This document shows, piece by piece, positions 9,363 through 19,563 of a DNA stretch of 64,000 nucleotides (positions are counted from its first letter, which is position 1; the number at the start of each line of letters is the position of its first letter). The notes beneath the pieces were generated by a model that made no database searches, was not told the origin of the DNA, and saw only the letters and a list, made by a program, of their open reading frames with translations. The position numbers and the translations under genes were made by a program. Source of the DNA: Fibrobacterales bacterium (GTDB taxonomy: Bacteria; Fibrobacterota; Fibrobacteria; Fibrobacterales; JAOPTW01); NCBI GenBank assembly GCA_051532035.1, contig JAOPTW010000033.1, positions 8,802 through 72,801 on the forward strand, in the 5' to 3' direction.

Positions 9363-9992
9363 TTAAATGTTTTTTCGGCCGATGGTAGAGCAGATGGGGC
9401 AGGATTCTCGTTTGTGGCCGCGGGCCATGCAATACTCTCTGCCGTAGAAGATGATTTGGAGGTGGAGTTTGTTCCAGAGGGCTTCGGGGAAGAGTCGCTT
9501 GCAATCCTTTTCAGTCTGCTCCACATTTTTGCCATTAGAGAGTTTCCAGCGATAGGCTAGGCGTTGAATGTGGGTATCTACGGGGAATGCGGGGTAGCCA
9601 AACACTTGTGACATGACAACGGCTGCCGTTTTGTGGCCAACTCCTGGAAGGGCTTCGAGGTCTTCATAGGTGTCAGGTACTTCGCCCCCATGTTCATCAA
9701 TTAAGATGTGAGAGAGATCATAAATTGCTTTTGATTTTCTTGGCGAAAGTCCACAAGGTCTAATGATTTTTTTGATATCTTCTACCGACTGTTTGGCCAT
9801 TTTTTGTGGGGTATTGGCCATCTTGAAAAGTGCAGGCGTTACCGTGTTGACTCGCGCGTCGGTACATTGAGCAGAGAGCAGTACTGCAATAAGTAGGGTA
9901 TACGCATCACTATGGTCAAGTGGAATGGGAGTCTCGGGGTAGAGCTCTTCGAGGGTATCAACTATGTACTGGACTGACTCTTTTTTATTCAT
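9363..9992 (-). CDS. nth: Endonuclease III
   Basis: LLSAQCTD, LPGVGHKTA (HhH), PVDTH, and C-terminal Cys cluster GREYC..CPIC. Confidence 0.96.
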   Translation of the reverse strand: MNKKESVQYIVDTLEELYPETPIPLDHSDAYTLLIAVLLSAQCTDARVNTVTPALFKMANTPQKMAKQSVEDIKKIIRPCGLSPRKSKAIYDLSHILIDEHGGEVPDTYEDLEALPGVGHKTAAVVMSQVFGYPAFPVDTHIQRLAYRWKLSNGKNVEQTEKDCKRLFPEALWNKLHLQIIFYGREYCMARGHKRESCPICSTIGRKNI

Positions 9993-10210
9993 ACAGAGAA
10001 AGATAAGATATTTAGCCTCTGAAGGCCCTTGTCAAAAAGGGGGAGATCCATTTTTTACAACTTCGAGATAGTCAATTATAATGGTGCAAGTGAGGTGACG
10101 GCGTGTGTCATGGTATTATTCTTTAAATAGTGCCCCCTTCGGCAATCTGCTTTCAGCCTTTGCAGCCTTTTTTGCTATATTTCGGCTATACTTACAGAAA
10201 TGGATACCTC

Positions 10211-11500
10211 ATGGAACAGCTTGTTTTACACCCTTCCCGCCTCGTTGATGGCGAAGTGACGATTCCCGGTTCAAAAAGTCTTTCAAATAGAATTTTACTC
10301 CTCGCGGCTCTTGCTGAAGGTGAAACTTCTATTGTGAATCTTCTTTCAAGTGATGATATTAATCATATGCTTGGAGCTTTTAAGAAGTTGGGGATTACTG
10401 CAGAGCTTGGGAATACTTGTACAGTACAGGGGGGTGGTGGACCAGTATCGGTATCTGAGCCAGTCGAATTGTTTTTAGGAAATGCAGGTACTGCAATGCG
10501 CCCACTTGCTGCGGCACTTTGTCTCGGTCAGGGTGAGTTTATTCTTGATGGTGAGCCTCGTATGCGTGAGCGTCCTATTGGCGACCTGGTTGAGGCTCTA
10601 AGGCCACTTGGTGCAAATATTGAATATTTGGGTGATGAAGGGTATCCTCCACTTAAAATTAAAGCAAACGGCCTCAAAGGTGGAAAAACATCAGTAAAGG
10701 GTGGAATCTCTTCTCAGTTTTTAACTGCACTTCTTATGGCTGCTCCGTATGCTGAAAATGATATTGAAATTACTGTAGAAGGTGAACTTGTTTCTAAGCC
10801 GTATATTGATATAACCACTCATGTTATGAAAACATTTGGTGTTGAGGTGGTGAATAATAATTATCAGAGTTTTGTCGTGAAAGCAGGCCAAAAATATTGT
10901 GCTCCTGAAAAAGAGGTCTTTGTTGAGGGTGATGCGTCGTCAGCATCGTATTTTCTAGCAGCAGGAGCTATTGCTGGAGGTACGGTAAAAGTACATGGCT
11001 GTGGCACTGAAAGTGTACAAGGTGATGCGAAATTTGCTGATGTACTTGAAGCGATGGGGGCAAAGATCACTTGGGGCCCTACTTGGATTCAGGTAGAAAA
11101 AGGTGATTTAACAGCGGTAGATATGGATATGAATCACATTCCTGATGCTGCAATGACCATTGCCACTACAGCTCTTTTTGCGAAAGGGACTACAGTAATT
11201 CGAAATATTTATAACTGGCGGGTTAAAGAGACTGATCGGTTGTATGCTATGGCGACTGAACTCAGAAAATTAGGAGCGACTGTTGTAGAGGGAGAAGATT
11301 TTATTGAAGTGACCCCCCCAGATAAATTAACTCCTGCGGCTATTGACACCTATGATGATCACCGCATAGCGATGTGCTTCTCTCTTGCATCTTTGAATAA
11401 AGGGTGGTATGATGTAGATATTACCATCAATGACCCTAAAGTGACCTCCAAGACTTTCCCAACCTATTTTGATGAGTTAGCTAAACTGATTAAAGAGTAA
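10211..11500 (+). CDS. aroA: 3-phosphoshikimate 1-carboxyvinyltransferase (EPSP synthase)
   Basis: [35 protein letters not shown] and KTFP motifs. Likely start is ATG 10211. Confidence 0.97.
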   Translation: MEQLVLHPSRLVDGEVTIPGSKSLSNRILLLAALAEGETSIVNLLSSDDINHMLGAFKKLGITAELGNTCTVQGGGGPVSVSEPVELFLGNAGTAMRPLAAALCLGQGEFILDGEPRMRERPIGDLVEALRPLGANIEYLGDEGYPPLKIKANGLKGGKTSVKGGISSQFLTALLMAAPYAENDIEITVEGELVSKPYIDITTHVMKTFGVEVVNNNYQSFVVKAGQKYCAPEKEVFVEGDASSASYFLAAGAIAGGTVKVHGCGTESVQGDAKFADVLEAMGAKITWGPTWIQVEKGDLTAVDMDMNHIPDAAMTIATTALFAKGTTVIRNIYNWRVKETDRLYAMATELRKLGATVVEGEDFIEVTPPDKLTPAAIDTYDDHRIAMCFSLASLNKGWYDVDITINDPKVTSKTFPTYFDELAKLIKE

Positions 11501-11502
11501 GA

Positions 11503-13719
11503 GTGCCCATGGTACCCATTCATATATATTCACTGTTCGTAGTGATTTTCTTAGTGTTATCAGGAGTATTCACACCGGTGATTGCAGGTCCTGTAGTTTC
11601 TGATCATACCAAGACACTTGAGGAAAAGTTAGATGCAGTACTGAAACTTTATAAGAATGATGGAAAATTGGGGCTCTCAATTTATTCACCACAAAAAAAT
11701 AAGGTACTTCACGGTATTAATGCTGACTCGCTTTTTAGACCTGCATCAACATTGAAGTTATTGGTCACCTCAACTGCCCTTCATAAGTTGGGCACTGAGT
11801 ATCAGCCAACTACAGACTTAGCATTGAATGGTGTCCAAGAAGGGGCAACCTTTTGGGGATGGGCAACCATTACCGGTGGGGGAGATCCCAATATTTCAGC
11901 TCGGTATTTTGGTAAGCCACTGATAGCATTTACCCCTTGGATTGACTCTCTCAAGGCATTAGGTATTGATACCATTCGCGGGAATCTCACCTTTGATCAC
12001 AGTTATTATCCTGATCCGTTTAGACCGACAACCTGGAAAGAGGATTTTTTTCTTAATTGGTATGGTGCAGAAATTGCAGCACTCACATTTAATGACAACT
12101 GTGTCGATATAACGGTTACTCCATCAGCGATTGGTAATGAGGTTGCAGTAGGTCAGTCGCCCGAAATAGGATTTCTTAAGGTGATTAATAAAGCCAAAAC
12201 TGTTAGGGGGAATCGTCAACGATTGGTGTATCATTTAGGTGCAGATGATAATAATCTTACTATAAATGGTTCAATAGGTATACACTCTGGAGAGTGGAAA
12301 CTCTCTGTTCCGGTAAAAAATCCCCCCTTATTTTTTGAAGCGTCACTTCGCTCTGCACTTACAATGGCAGGTATAACTATTATTGACGGGACTCCTGATG
12401 AAGCTCCTGGTGGAGCAGTGAGTCGCATTGTGACATGGCCTCTTACTACTGCCCCACTTCTTAGTTTGTTGGATGAGATTAACCAACGTTCACAAAACCT
12501 TCATGCTGAAATGCTTCTCAGAAATCTTGGCGGTCACTTTTATGGATCGGGATCTTTAGAGAATGGTATTCGAGTAGAACAGGAGTTTTTACAAAGCATC
12601 GGTATTGACTCTACCCAGTTTCATCTTCTGGATGGGAGTGGGCTTTCGTACGGAAACCGAATCTCACCAAAGGCGATGACCAGTGTGCTCACCTCAATGC
12701 TGAGGCATCCTCAATCTGAACTCTTTTATCGGTCTCTTGCAATACCTGGAATAAGTGGTGTGTCGGGCAAAAGGCTCCCCAGTTTAAAGTATAAGAGTCG
12801 TGTTCGGTTTAAAACTGGTTTTGTTAATTATACACAAGGGCTTGTGGGGTATATACAAACCCCTACTTATGACACCTTAGCTGTAGCGCTTTATTTAAAT
12901 GAATATCGTATCGATGATTATGATGCTCAAAAATTGATGGATAGTCTCTGGTGTGAGATAACTAATCATTTTAATCAAGAACAGGAGAGCGTGCTGAAGG
13001 CACGAAAGTTGTGGTACCCCATAAAAGATACTCTGTATCAAAATCGGCTTATGGCATTTAGCAAGCGGCTCATGGGTGAGCCCTACAAGCTTGGCCCAAC
13101 TGGTGAAGGAGTCCATGGGTTAGTTGAAAATAAACCACTCATCAACATGTTTAAATTTGATTGTGTGACCTATATTGAGAGCGTTATGGCTCTTGCCCGT
13201 GCTACCTCACCTGATTCTATACTTTCTGAGCTGAGCAATATTCGGTATAAAGAGGGGCAGGTCTATTACTCAATGCGTAAACACTATTTTATTGAAGATT
13301 GGATAGGGGCAAGCCCCGACTTAGTAGAGATCCTTCGGCTGCAAGGGGACTCTGTTGGGGTGCGTGAAATGGATAAAAAGGGTTTTTACGGAAGTAAGGG
13401 TTGGGAGTATAAATTTGACAACCCTCAAGTAACTTTGAATGTACTCCCCATTGATTTAGCCATTGAACGCTATGCAGTAAAATATCAGGATGAGAGTCGT
13501 ATATTGGGTGTCGGTTTGGTAGGGAAATATCCAAAAATATGGGTAACTCATACGGGATTTCTACTTTTCAATCCAGGAGAGGCTCCGACCTTTCGGCATG
13601 CAAGCTTTAAACATAAAAAGGTTGAAGAAGTTCCTTTTTCAGAATATCTTAAAAGTAGACTGGGGTCAATTATTGGTATCGTGCTCTTTGAATTTAAAGA
13701 GCCGGGAGGTAGACAATGA
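11503..13719 (+). CDS. dacB: D-Ala-D-Ala carboxy/endopeptidase (S13, PBP4) fused to a DUF1460 amidase-like domain
   Basis: PASTLK (SxxK), GGGDP, SQN, DGSGLS and KTG motifs; C-terminal FDCVTYIE, IRY..G and VTHTG motifs. Confidence 0.88.
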   Translation: MPMVPIHIYSLFVVIFLVLSGVFTPVIAGPVVSDHTKTLEEKLDAVLKLYKNDGKLGLSIYSPQKNKVLHGINADSLFRPASTLKLLVTSTALHKLGTEYQPTTDLALNGVQEGATFWGWATITGGGDPNISARYFGKPLIAFTPWIDSLKALGIDTIRGNLTFDHSYYPDPFRPTTWKEDFFLNWYGAEIAALTFNDNCVDITVTPSAIGNEVAVGQSPEIGFLKVINKAKTVRGNRQRLVYHLGADDNNLTINGSIGIHSGEWKLSVPVKNPPLFFEASLRSALTMAGITIIDGTPDEAPGGAVSRIVTWPLTTAPLLSLLDEINQRSQNLHAEMLLRNLGGHFYGSGSLENGIRVEQEFLQSIGIDSTQFHLLDGSGLSYGNRISPKAMTSVLTSMLRHPQSELFYRSLAIPGISGVSGKRLPSLKYKSRVRFKTGFVNYTQGLVGYIQTPTYDTLAVALYLNEYRIDDYDAQKLMDSLWCEITNHFNQEQESVLKARKLWYPIKDTLYQNRLMAFSKRLMGEPYKLGPTGEGVHGLVENKPLINMFKFDCVTYIESVMALARATSPDSILSELSNIRYKEGQVYYSMRKHYFIEDWIGASPDLVEILRLQGDSVGVREMDKKGFYGSKGWEYKFDNPQVTLNVLPIDLAIERYAVKYQDESRILGVGLVGKYPKIWVTHTGFLLFNPGEAPTFRHASFKHKKVEEVPFSEYLKSRLGSIIGIVLFEFKEPGGRQ

Positions 13720-14669
13720 GAATAATGATAATAGTTGCACTGGTAAGTGTATCACTTTGGTCTTTTAATCCAGAGGAGTTCTGTTCGGGAATCTATAATT
13801 GTCTCGCTATTCAATCAGCTGAATGTAGTGACTCTCTTATTGTTAAAAATGAAGACATTGAATATGACTCAACCTTTTGTAGTATCTATCAAGAAGCTCA
13901 GTCTCGGGGACTTCAGCCTGATAGGCCAGAGACACGAGAGCTTTATTCAAATTTAGGCATTGAGCATAGAGTGACCTATGTAGTAGAAGGTGATCTCCCT
14001 ATTTCAAAAAAGATGCTCGATTTTTTATTAGGTGATATTCCTCATACTGCACTGCTGATTAACGCCTATCAAGAGACAGAGTATGAGGCTGGGTACACTA
14101 CTCTTGATCATAAAACCTTTCATGGCACTAATGGTGGATCATTAAAAGGGACAATTAGTGAGCTTGCAGACAATCCGAGTAAGAGAGAGATTACCTATTT
14201 TGGGTATGGTGTAACAGAGGTACTTTTTTGGTCGCTTCGTGGAACGGTACTCTTTTTCTTTGAATTTCAAGAGACAGCAGAAAAAGAAGTTCATTATGCA
14301 TTAACGGTTACGGTGTTTAATCGAAGCTCCATCATTAATGGAATTATGGATTTGGGCATGTTCCGATCGGTTGTCCATTCAAAAATTGAAAAAATTATTA
14401 ATCATATTAAAGAATCAGCTCATGAGTATGCTATGGGTAATTCTGAGCCTATTGATGAGTATGAAAAACTGAAAACAGAGCTTGCTCAAGAATTTTTACG
14501 AAAACTACGTATGGTCGACGATACTGTTGTGGTCCTTCGTGAGGCTGTGCCACCAAAGGTAGATGATGGTGATAGCTTTATCGTAGAGACTGTAGATCAA
14601 ATGGTGCCGAGTCACACTCACATAGAGAACCCCTCTGATACGAGTGTGCCAGTAGCTGCACCCAGATAA
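13716..14669 (+). CDS. Secreted hypothetical protein
   Basis: Signal peptide, four N-terminal Cys; ATGA overlap with dacB; GGAGG RBS. Confidence 0.7.
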   Translation: MRIMIIVALVSVSLWSFNPEEFCSGIYNCLAIQSAECSDSLIVKNEDIEYDSTFCSIYQEAQSRGLQPDRPETRELYSNLGIEHRVTYVVEGDLPISKKMLDFLLGDIPHTALLINAYQETEYEAGYTTLDHKTFHGTNGGSLKGTISELADNPSKREITYFGYGVTEVLFWSLRGTVLFFFEFQETAEKEVHYALTVTVFNRSSIINGIMDLGMFRSVVHSKIEKIINHIKESAHEYAMGNSEPIDEYEKLKTELAQEFLRKLRMVDDTVVVLREAVPPKVDDGDSFIVETVDQMVPSHTHIENPSDTSVPVAAPR

Positions 14670-14677
14670 GGAATAGA

Positions 14678-15349
14678 ATGAATAGTTATGATTTAGATAA
14701 AGAAGCACTTCTTAAAGAGTATGGGGATAAACTGACTGAACGTCGTATTACTCTTCTCAATCAAGCGCTTCAGCAAAGAACCCGCCACTTTACCTTAGTC
14801 CTCGAAGATCTTTTCGATCCCCATAATATTAGTGCACTCATTCGTACCTCAGAAGTGTATGGACTACAGGATGTGCATGTGATTGAAGAAGAGAATCCTT
14901 ACCGTATTAGTAAGTCAGTACTTAAAGGGTCGTTTAAGTGGCTCAATCTCTATAAGTATAAACAGAGAACACGGTGTATGGAAAGTTTGAGGGCCAAGGG
15001 GTATCAGATAGCCGTGGCATCAACTAATACCGATAAAACAATAGATCAACTTGATTTATCGGTACCAACAGCTTTTTATATGGGTGCAGAGTTTAGAGGG
15101 AATCATCCCGAGACTCTCGAAGAAGCAGACGTCCATTTTATACTGCCTCAATATGGTCTAACCGAGTCGATGAATGTATCGGTTGCAGGTGGAGTGCTTA
15201 TGACATACCTAGATGTGTATCTACGTCAAGAAGAACGAAGAGCGCAGTATGGCTTGAGTGAAGAGGAGAAAAAAGAACTTCAGTTTGATTGGTATGAACG
15301 GTGTTGTTTTGGAATTGAGCGAAACTCACCTCTCACTCAAGTTGAGTAG
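14678..15349 (+). CDS. trmH: TrmH/SpoU family tRNA 2'-O-methyltransferase
   Basis: DPHNISALIRT, GAEFRG and ESMNVSVA SPOUT motifs. Confidence 0.85.
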   Translation: MNSYDLDKEALLKEYGDKLTERRITLLNQALQQRTRHFTLVLEDLFDPHNISALIRTSEVYGLQDVHVIEEENPYRISKSVLKGSFKWLNLYKYKQRTRCMESLRAKGYQIAVASTNTDKTIDQLDLSVPTAFYMGAEFRGNHPETLEEADVHFILPQYGLTESMNVSVAGGVLMTYLDVYLRQEERRAQYGLSEEEKKELQFDWYERCCFGIERNSPLTQVE

Positions 15350-15547
15350 TACTCTTTTGAAGTATTGAGAAGCTAAGATACTTTACTGAGCTCGTATTAG
15401 AAAAGGGCGATGAGTCTTCTCAATACTGTGCAGTAATTATTTTTATTATTACATTATATCGGAATTTATTAAGAACTATTATTGGGTTCACCAAAAATAC
15501 GCGATTTTTTTGTCTTATGTATGGTGTGCCACTTATTGGAGAATACT

Positions 15548-15841
15548 ATGATTAATCATATTGTGATGTGGAAAATGGGTGCATCTGAGAGTGCTTCGAA
15601 AGAGGAAAATATCCAGATAGCAGCAAAAATGTTGAATGAGCTTCCTTTTGTCATTAGTGAGATACAAAAGTTTGAGGTTGGCGTAAATTGGTGTGATGAA
15701 TCGACGGCATTTGATCTTGTATTGTATTCTGTCTTTGAATCACAAGAGAGTATGCATACCTATAAGGTGCATTCAGAGCATCAGAAAGTTGTGGAATTTA
15801 TGAAGACAGTTGTTACTGAACGTGCTGTGGTAGATTATTAA
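15548..15841 (+). CDS. Dabb family (stress-responsive A/B barrel) protein
   Basis: MINHIVMWK, FDLVLYSVF, Y.VHSEH and RAVVDY motifs; GGAG RBS. Confidence 0.9.
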   Translation: MINHIVMWKMGASESASKEENIQIAAKMLNELPFVISEIQKFEVGVNWCDESTAFDLVLYSVFESQESMHTYKVHSEHQKVVEFMKTVVTERAVVDY

Positions 15842-15897
15842 GTTTGAGTTATACATCTTCATTGATGGTGATATCGAAAAAAAAGTGTAGGAGTAAT

Positions 15898-17379
15898 ATG
15901 AGTGTAAGTATTGAACAATTAATGAGTGAATCTGGTGTAACTTTTGGAACTTCAGGCGCGCGCGGGCTCGTCTCTGCAATGACTGATTCGGTTTGTTATG
16001 CCTATACTCGAGCTTTTTTACAGCACCTTTCAGATGAAGGAACTCTTGTAGTTGGTGCGGGGGTCGCAATCGCAGGTGATTATCGGCCGAGTAGTGAACG
16101 GATAATGACTGCTGTTGCACGTGCGGCTGAGGATGGTGGCTACACTGCAATAAATTGTGGGCCTATTCCTTCTCCAGCAGTGGCTCTCTATGGTATTGAT
16201 AGTGGTATTCCTGCTATTATGGTCACGGGAAGTCATATTCCGGATGATAGAAATGGCATTAAGTTTAATAAGTCGACTGGCGAGATCAATAAAGGTGATG
16301 AAACTGGTATTAAAAGCCAGAGTGTCGAGATACCTGATGGGCTCTTTGATAATGCGGGAATGTTTATTGATACTGTTTCATTACCCGCTCAAACAATAGA
16401 AGCTGATGAGCGCTATATTGCACGATACGTTGATTATTTTGGTTCAAGTGCTCTTGCGGGTAAAACAGTTGGCCTTTATGAGCATTCTACGGTTGGTCGT
16501 GAAGAAATGTACCAAGTCTTAAGTGCACTGGGTGCAGATGTCATAAAGCTTGGGTATTCAGATACCTTTATACCGGTAGATACAGAGGCAATTCGCCCCG
16601 AAGATTGTGCCCTCGCCAAACAGTGGGCAGGCGAGCACTGTCTTGATGCAATTGCATCGGCTGATGGAGATTGTGATAGACCACTCTTGAGTGATGAACG
16701 TGGTGTTTGGTTTCGTGGCGATGTATTAGGAGTACTGTGTGCTGAGTATTTAGGTGCAGATGCAGCAGCAACTCCAGTGAGCTGTAATACGGTAGCCGAA
16801 AAATCAGGTATTTTCAAAAAGGTTATGAGGACTCGCATTGGCTCGCCATTTGTTATTGCAGGGATGGAGCAGTTAGAATCTGAAGCATTTCAATCAATTA
16901 TTGGCTATGAGGCAAACGGCGGTTTTTTAACCTATTCACCTTTTCAGTCTGGTGATAAAGAGCTTAAGGCTCTGCCAACACGTGATGCTTTGTTGCCCAT
17001 AATTGCGACTCTATTACTATCAATTCAAAAAGAGACACGACTCAGTCAATTGGCAGGGGAATACCCAAGTAGATTTACTGCAAGTGATCGCTTAAAAGAG
17101 TTCCCTGTTGAAAAGAGTCGCTCGATTTTAGAGCGTTTTAATACTGGTTCATTTGAGTCAGATGCAGCGGCAATCGAGGAATTACTTAAGGATGAGTGTG
17201 GAACAGTCGATAGCATTGATAGAACAGATGGTGTACGGATAACCTTTCACAATCAAGAAATTGTTCATTTGAGACCTTCGGGCAATGCTCCAGAATTTAG
17301 GTGTTATGCAGAAGCAGAAAGTGATAACCGGGCAGTAGAATTGACACAAAAATGCCTAAAGAAGCTAAAAAAAGGTTAA
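15898..17379 (+). CDS. manB: Phosphomannomutase
   Basis: FGTSGARG, TGSHIP, DGDCDR, GYEANGG and RPSGNAPE motifs; AGGAG RBS. Confidence 0.93.
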   Translation: MSVSIEQLMSESGVTFGTSGARGLVSAMTDSVCYAYTRAFLQHLSDEGTLVVGAGVAIAGDYRPSSERIMTAVARAAEDGGYTAINCGPIPSPAVALYGIDSGIPAIMVTGSHIPDDRNGIKFNKSTGEINKGDETGIKSQSVEIPDGLFDNAGMFIDTVSLPAQTIEADERYIARYVDYFGSSALAGKTVGLYEHSTVGREEMYQVLSALGADVIKLGYSDTFIPVDTEAIRPEDCALAKQWAGEHCLDAIASADGDCDRPLLSDERGVWFRGDVLGVLCAEYLGADAAATPVSCNTVAEKSGIFKKVMRTRIGSPFVIAGMEQLESEAFQSIIGYEANGGFLTYSPFQSGDKELKALPTRDALLPIIATLLLSIQKETRLSQLAGEYPSRFTASDRLKEFPVEKSRSILERFNTGSFESDAAAIEELLKDECGTVDSIDRTDGVRITFHNQEIVHLRPSGNAPEFRCYAEAESDNRAVELTQKCLKKLKKG

Positions 17380-17458
17380 TCTCAGCTGAGATTATGTAGA
17401 TTAAAGGTCATGCCCATGAGTAGGTGGGCGATCAATCCAGGGGATCGTACAGTTGGAT

Positions 17459-17800
17459 ATGGATAAGATGAAACGGGGACGTTATTTTGATAGTGGTGAG
17501 TCGAGACCTGTAGAAGAAGAGGTCAGGCCTAAAGGTCGTTCCCGAAAACAATTGGAACAAGAGAATGCTGAGCGCAAAAAACAAGAGCAGCTACAGCGGC
17601 AAAAAGATCGAATGAAGCGAGAAATTCGACGTGAGCACCTCAACGGTCATGAAGAGGTGGATTATGATATTAAAGAACAGTGGGACCAAGAGAGTAAAAT
17701 TGCGGTTTATGCTATCTTTGGTTTGAAAACTCTGCTTATTTCATTTGTAATTTTTGAAATATATCATATGATCGTTTTCAAAAAATTCATGTTATTCTAA
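17459..17800 (+). CDS. Hypothetical protein, charged coiled coil plus C-terminal TM helix
   Basis: R/E/Q-rich helix followed by a hydrophobic tail; start uncertain (17453, 17459 or 17468). Confidence 0.6.
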   Translation: MDKMKRGRYFDSGESRPVEEEVRPKGRSRKQLEQENAERKKQEQLQRQKDRMKREIRREHLNGHEEVDYDIKEQWDQESKIAVYAIFGLKTLLISFVIFEIYHMIVFKKFMLF

Positions 17801-17806
17801 TACTCT

Positions 17807-18388
17807 TTATTTTTCAAATATACCGAGAAGTGCATCATAAAAAGCTCGATCAGCCTTTTGGGGTGAAACATACTGAATATAGCCATCAGCTTTATTGTAC
17901 AGTTCCATTATAGGGCCGTGTGAATACCCTTTCTCGATGAGGAATTCGGTAAGGGGAGGGTAGACTTTTAGAATGCCAAAGAGTATGGATAGGTCTGATT
18001 TGTAGGGAAATTGAGCAATAACACTAGGGACTGGCTTGTAGTCTGCGAGGTCAAATGATTCAGCAAGAGTCGTGATTTCCAAAGAGTCAGTAACTGGAAC
18101 AACACAACCAACGAGACTTCTAAGCTCAGATTCTTCTACCTCTTGGGGGTTATCCCAGTAAATGCCAAATTTCGTAGTACATCCAAAGTTGTGAGATGAG
18201 AGTTTTGTTGCGATGGTAAGAATTTTATCGCCCACAGTACTATAGCTACCTTTGTGCTTTTCATAGGCGAGAATATACCGTTTATTCTCTTGTTCTACGA
18301 ATGTAACAGGGTCAAAGAGGTTGAAGTAATTAAGGATGATGCCGAGTAAGACCACTATGAGGAGAAGGGTTGATAGGATATATTTCAT
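17807..18388 (-). CDS. Membrane-anchored GyrI-like domain protein (TEX264-like)
   Basis: N-terminal TM helix; HKGSY, GIYWDNP, FPYKS..SI...KVYP and MELY motifs. Confidence 0.82.
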   Translation of the reverse strand: MKYILSTLLLIVVLLGIILNYFNLFDPVTFVEQENKRYILAYEKHKGSYSTVGDKILTIATKLSSHNFGCTTKFGIYWDNPQEVEESELRSLVGCVVPVTDSLEITTLAESFDLADYKPVPSVIAQFPYKSDLSILFGILKVYPPLTEFLIEKGYSHGPIMELYNKADGYIQYVSPQKADRAFYDALLGIFEK

Positions 18389-18407
18389 TTTGGTTCCTTA
18401 TGTGGTG

Positions 18408-18707
18408 TTAATAGGTTATTTCAAATGACTGAAAGTGTTCTATAGGTGCTTGCTCTGTGATCGCTACTGATTCTACTATTGCTGCTGGAGGCCCATGTTG
18501 ACACCACTCATAGAGCGAGGTCAATTGCTCAGTTGTCCCACGGGCGACAATTGAAACGGAACCATCAGGATTGTTTTTTACCCAGCCAGTGAGAGTGAGC
18601 TGAGTAGCCTTTTGGTGTGTTGCATACCGGTAACTGACACCTTGGACTTTACCAGTAACTTTTATAGCATACTGTCTGATTACACTCTCTTGTTGTGATG
18701 GGGCCAT
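18408..18707 (-). CDS. acyP: Acylphosphatase
   Basis: VTGKVQGVSYR, GWVKNNPDGSV and GPPAA.V motifs. Confidence 0.95.
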   Translation of the reverse strand: MAPSQQESVIRQYAIKVTGKVQGVSYRYATHQKATQLTLTGWVKNNPDGSVSIVARGTTEQLTSLYEWCQHGPPAAIVESVAITEQAPIEHFQSFEITY

Positions 18708-18766
18708 AATCGTAGAGAGACCGTTCTTAATTTTCTATTTTGTAATAATAAAAACCCCATTGGGAT

Positions 18767-19555
18767 TTGGCGAGATACACGGTGAAAAAAGTAAAAGTTA
18801 CCTTTGAGGAATATTATAGTAGAGAACTTGGTGATCGGTGGCCAAATCTCAGGGCAGCGCTATTGGAGGAGAAAAGCTATTTTGAGCTCAAAGAGGGGCT
18901 CACGCAAAGTTACTTTTTAGATCCTGCATCAGTCCGAGCAGCATCGGCGCTCACTATTTCCGAAGGAGACATGATCCTGGACCTTTGTGCGGCTCCTGGG
19001 GGAAAATCGTTGGTAATTGCATCGACACTTCCTGCTAGAGCTCATTTAAAGGCAAATGAAAAATCTCCAGCGCGTCGTCAACGACTGATTAAAGTCCTCG
19101 ATGAGCATCTTACAGAAGGGGTACGTTCTCACGCTGAAGTGACGGGGTATGATGCAACAACGTGGGGGCTATTTGAAAAAGAAGTTTATGATAAAATTCT
19201 TCTTGATGCTCCCTGCTCATCTGAAGCACATGTTATCCAATCGCCAAAACATCTTAATGAGTGGACGCCATCACGAGTAAAGCGACTATCACAACAGCAG
19301 TTTGCCATGGTTGCCAGTGCACTCGATGCGTTAAAAACCGGAGGTGAGATGATTTATAGTACCTGTGCTCTTGCGGATGCAGAAAATGATGGAGTGATAG
19401 AGAAGCTCCATAAAAAGCGTGCAGGTAAATTTGAGATACTTCCGGTAGAAGAAGAAATTGGAGAGCCGACAACGTATGGGTGGAAAATGTGGCCTGATAG
19501 GCATCCTGGTGTAGGGCCAATTTACTATTGCAAAATCAAAAAAATCATTTCATAA
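18767..19555 (+). CDS. RsmB/NOP family RNA m5C methyltransferase
   Basis: DLCAAPGGKS, DKILLDAPCS and YSTC motifs; start may be GTG 18782. Confidence 0.92.
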   Translation: MARYTVKKVKVTFEEYYSRELGDRWPNLRAALLEEKSYFELKEGLTQSYFLDPASVRAASALTISEGDMILDLCAAPGGKSLVIASTLPARAHLKANEKSPARRQRLIKVLDEHLTEGVRSHAEVTGYDATTWGLFEKEVYDKILLDAPCSSEAHVIQSPKHLNEWTPSRVKRLSQQQFAMVASALDALKTGGEMIYSTCALADAENDGVIEKLHKKRAGKFEILPVEEEIGEPTTYGWKMWPDRHPGVGPIYYCKIKKIIS

Positions 19556-19563
19556 GCAAGATA

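Noticed and set aside
9286..9535. Short minus-strand ORFs overlapping nth
   Set aside because: Alternate-frame shadows with no motifs.
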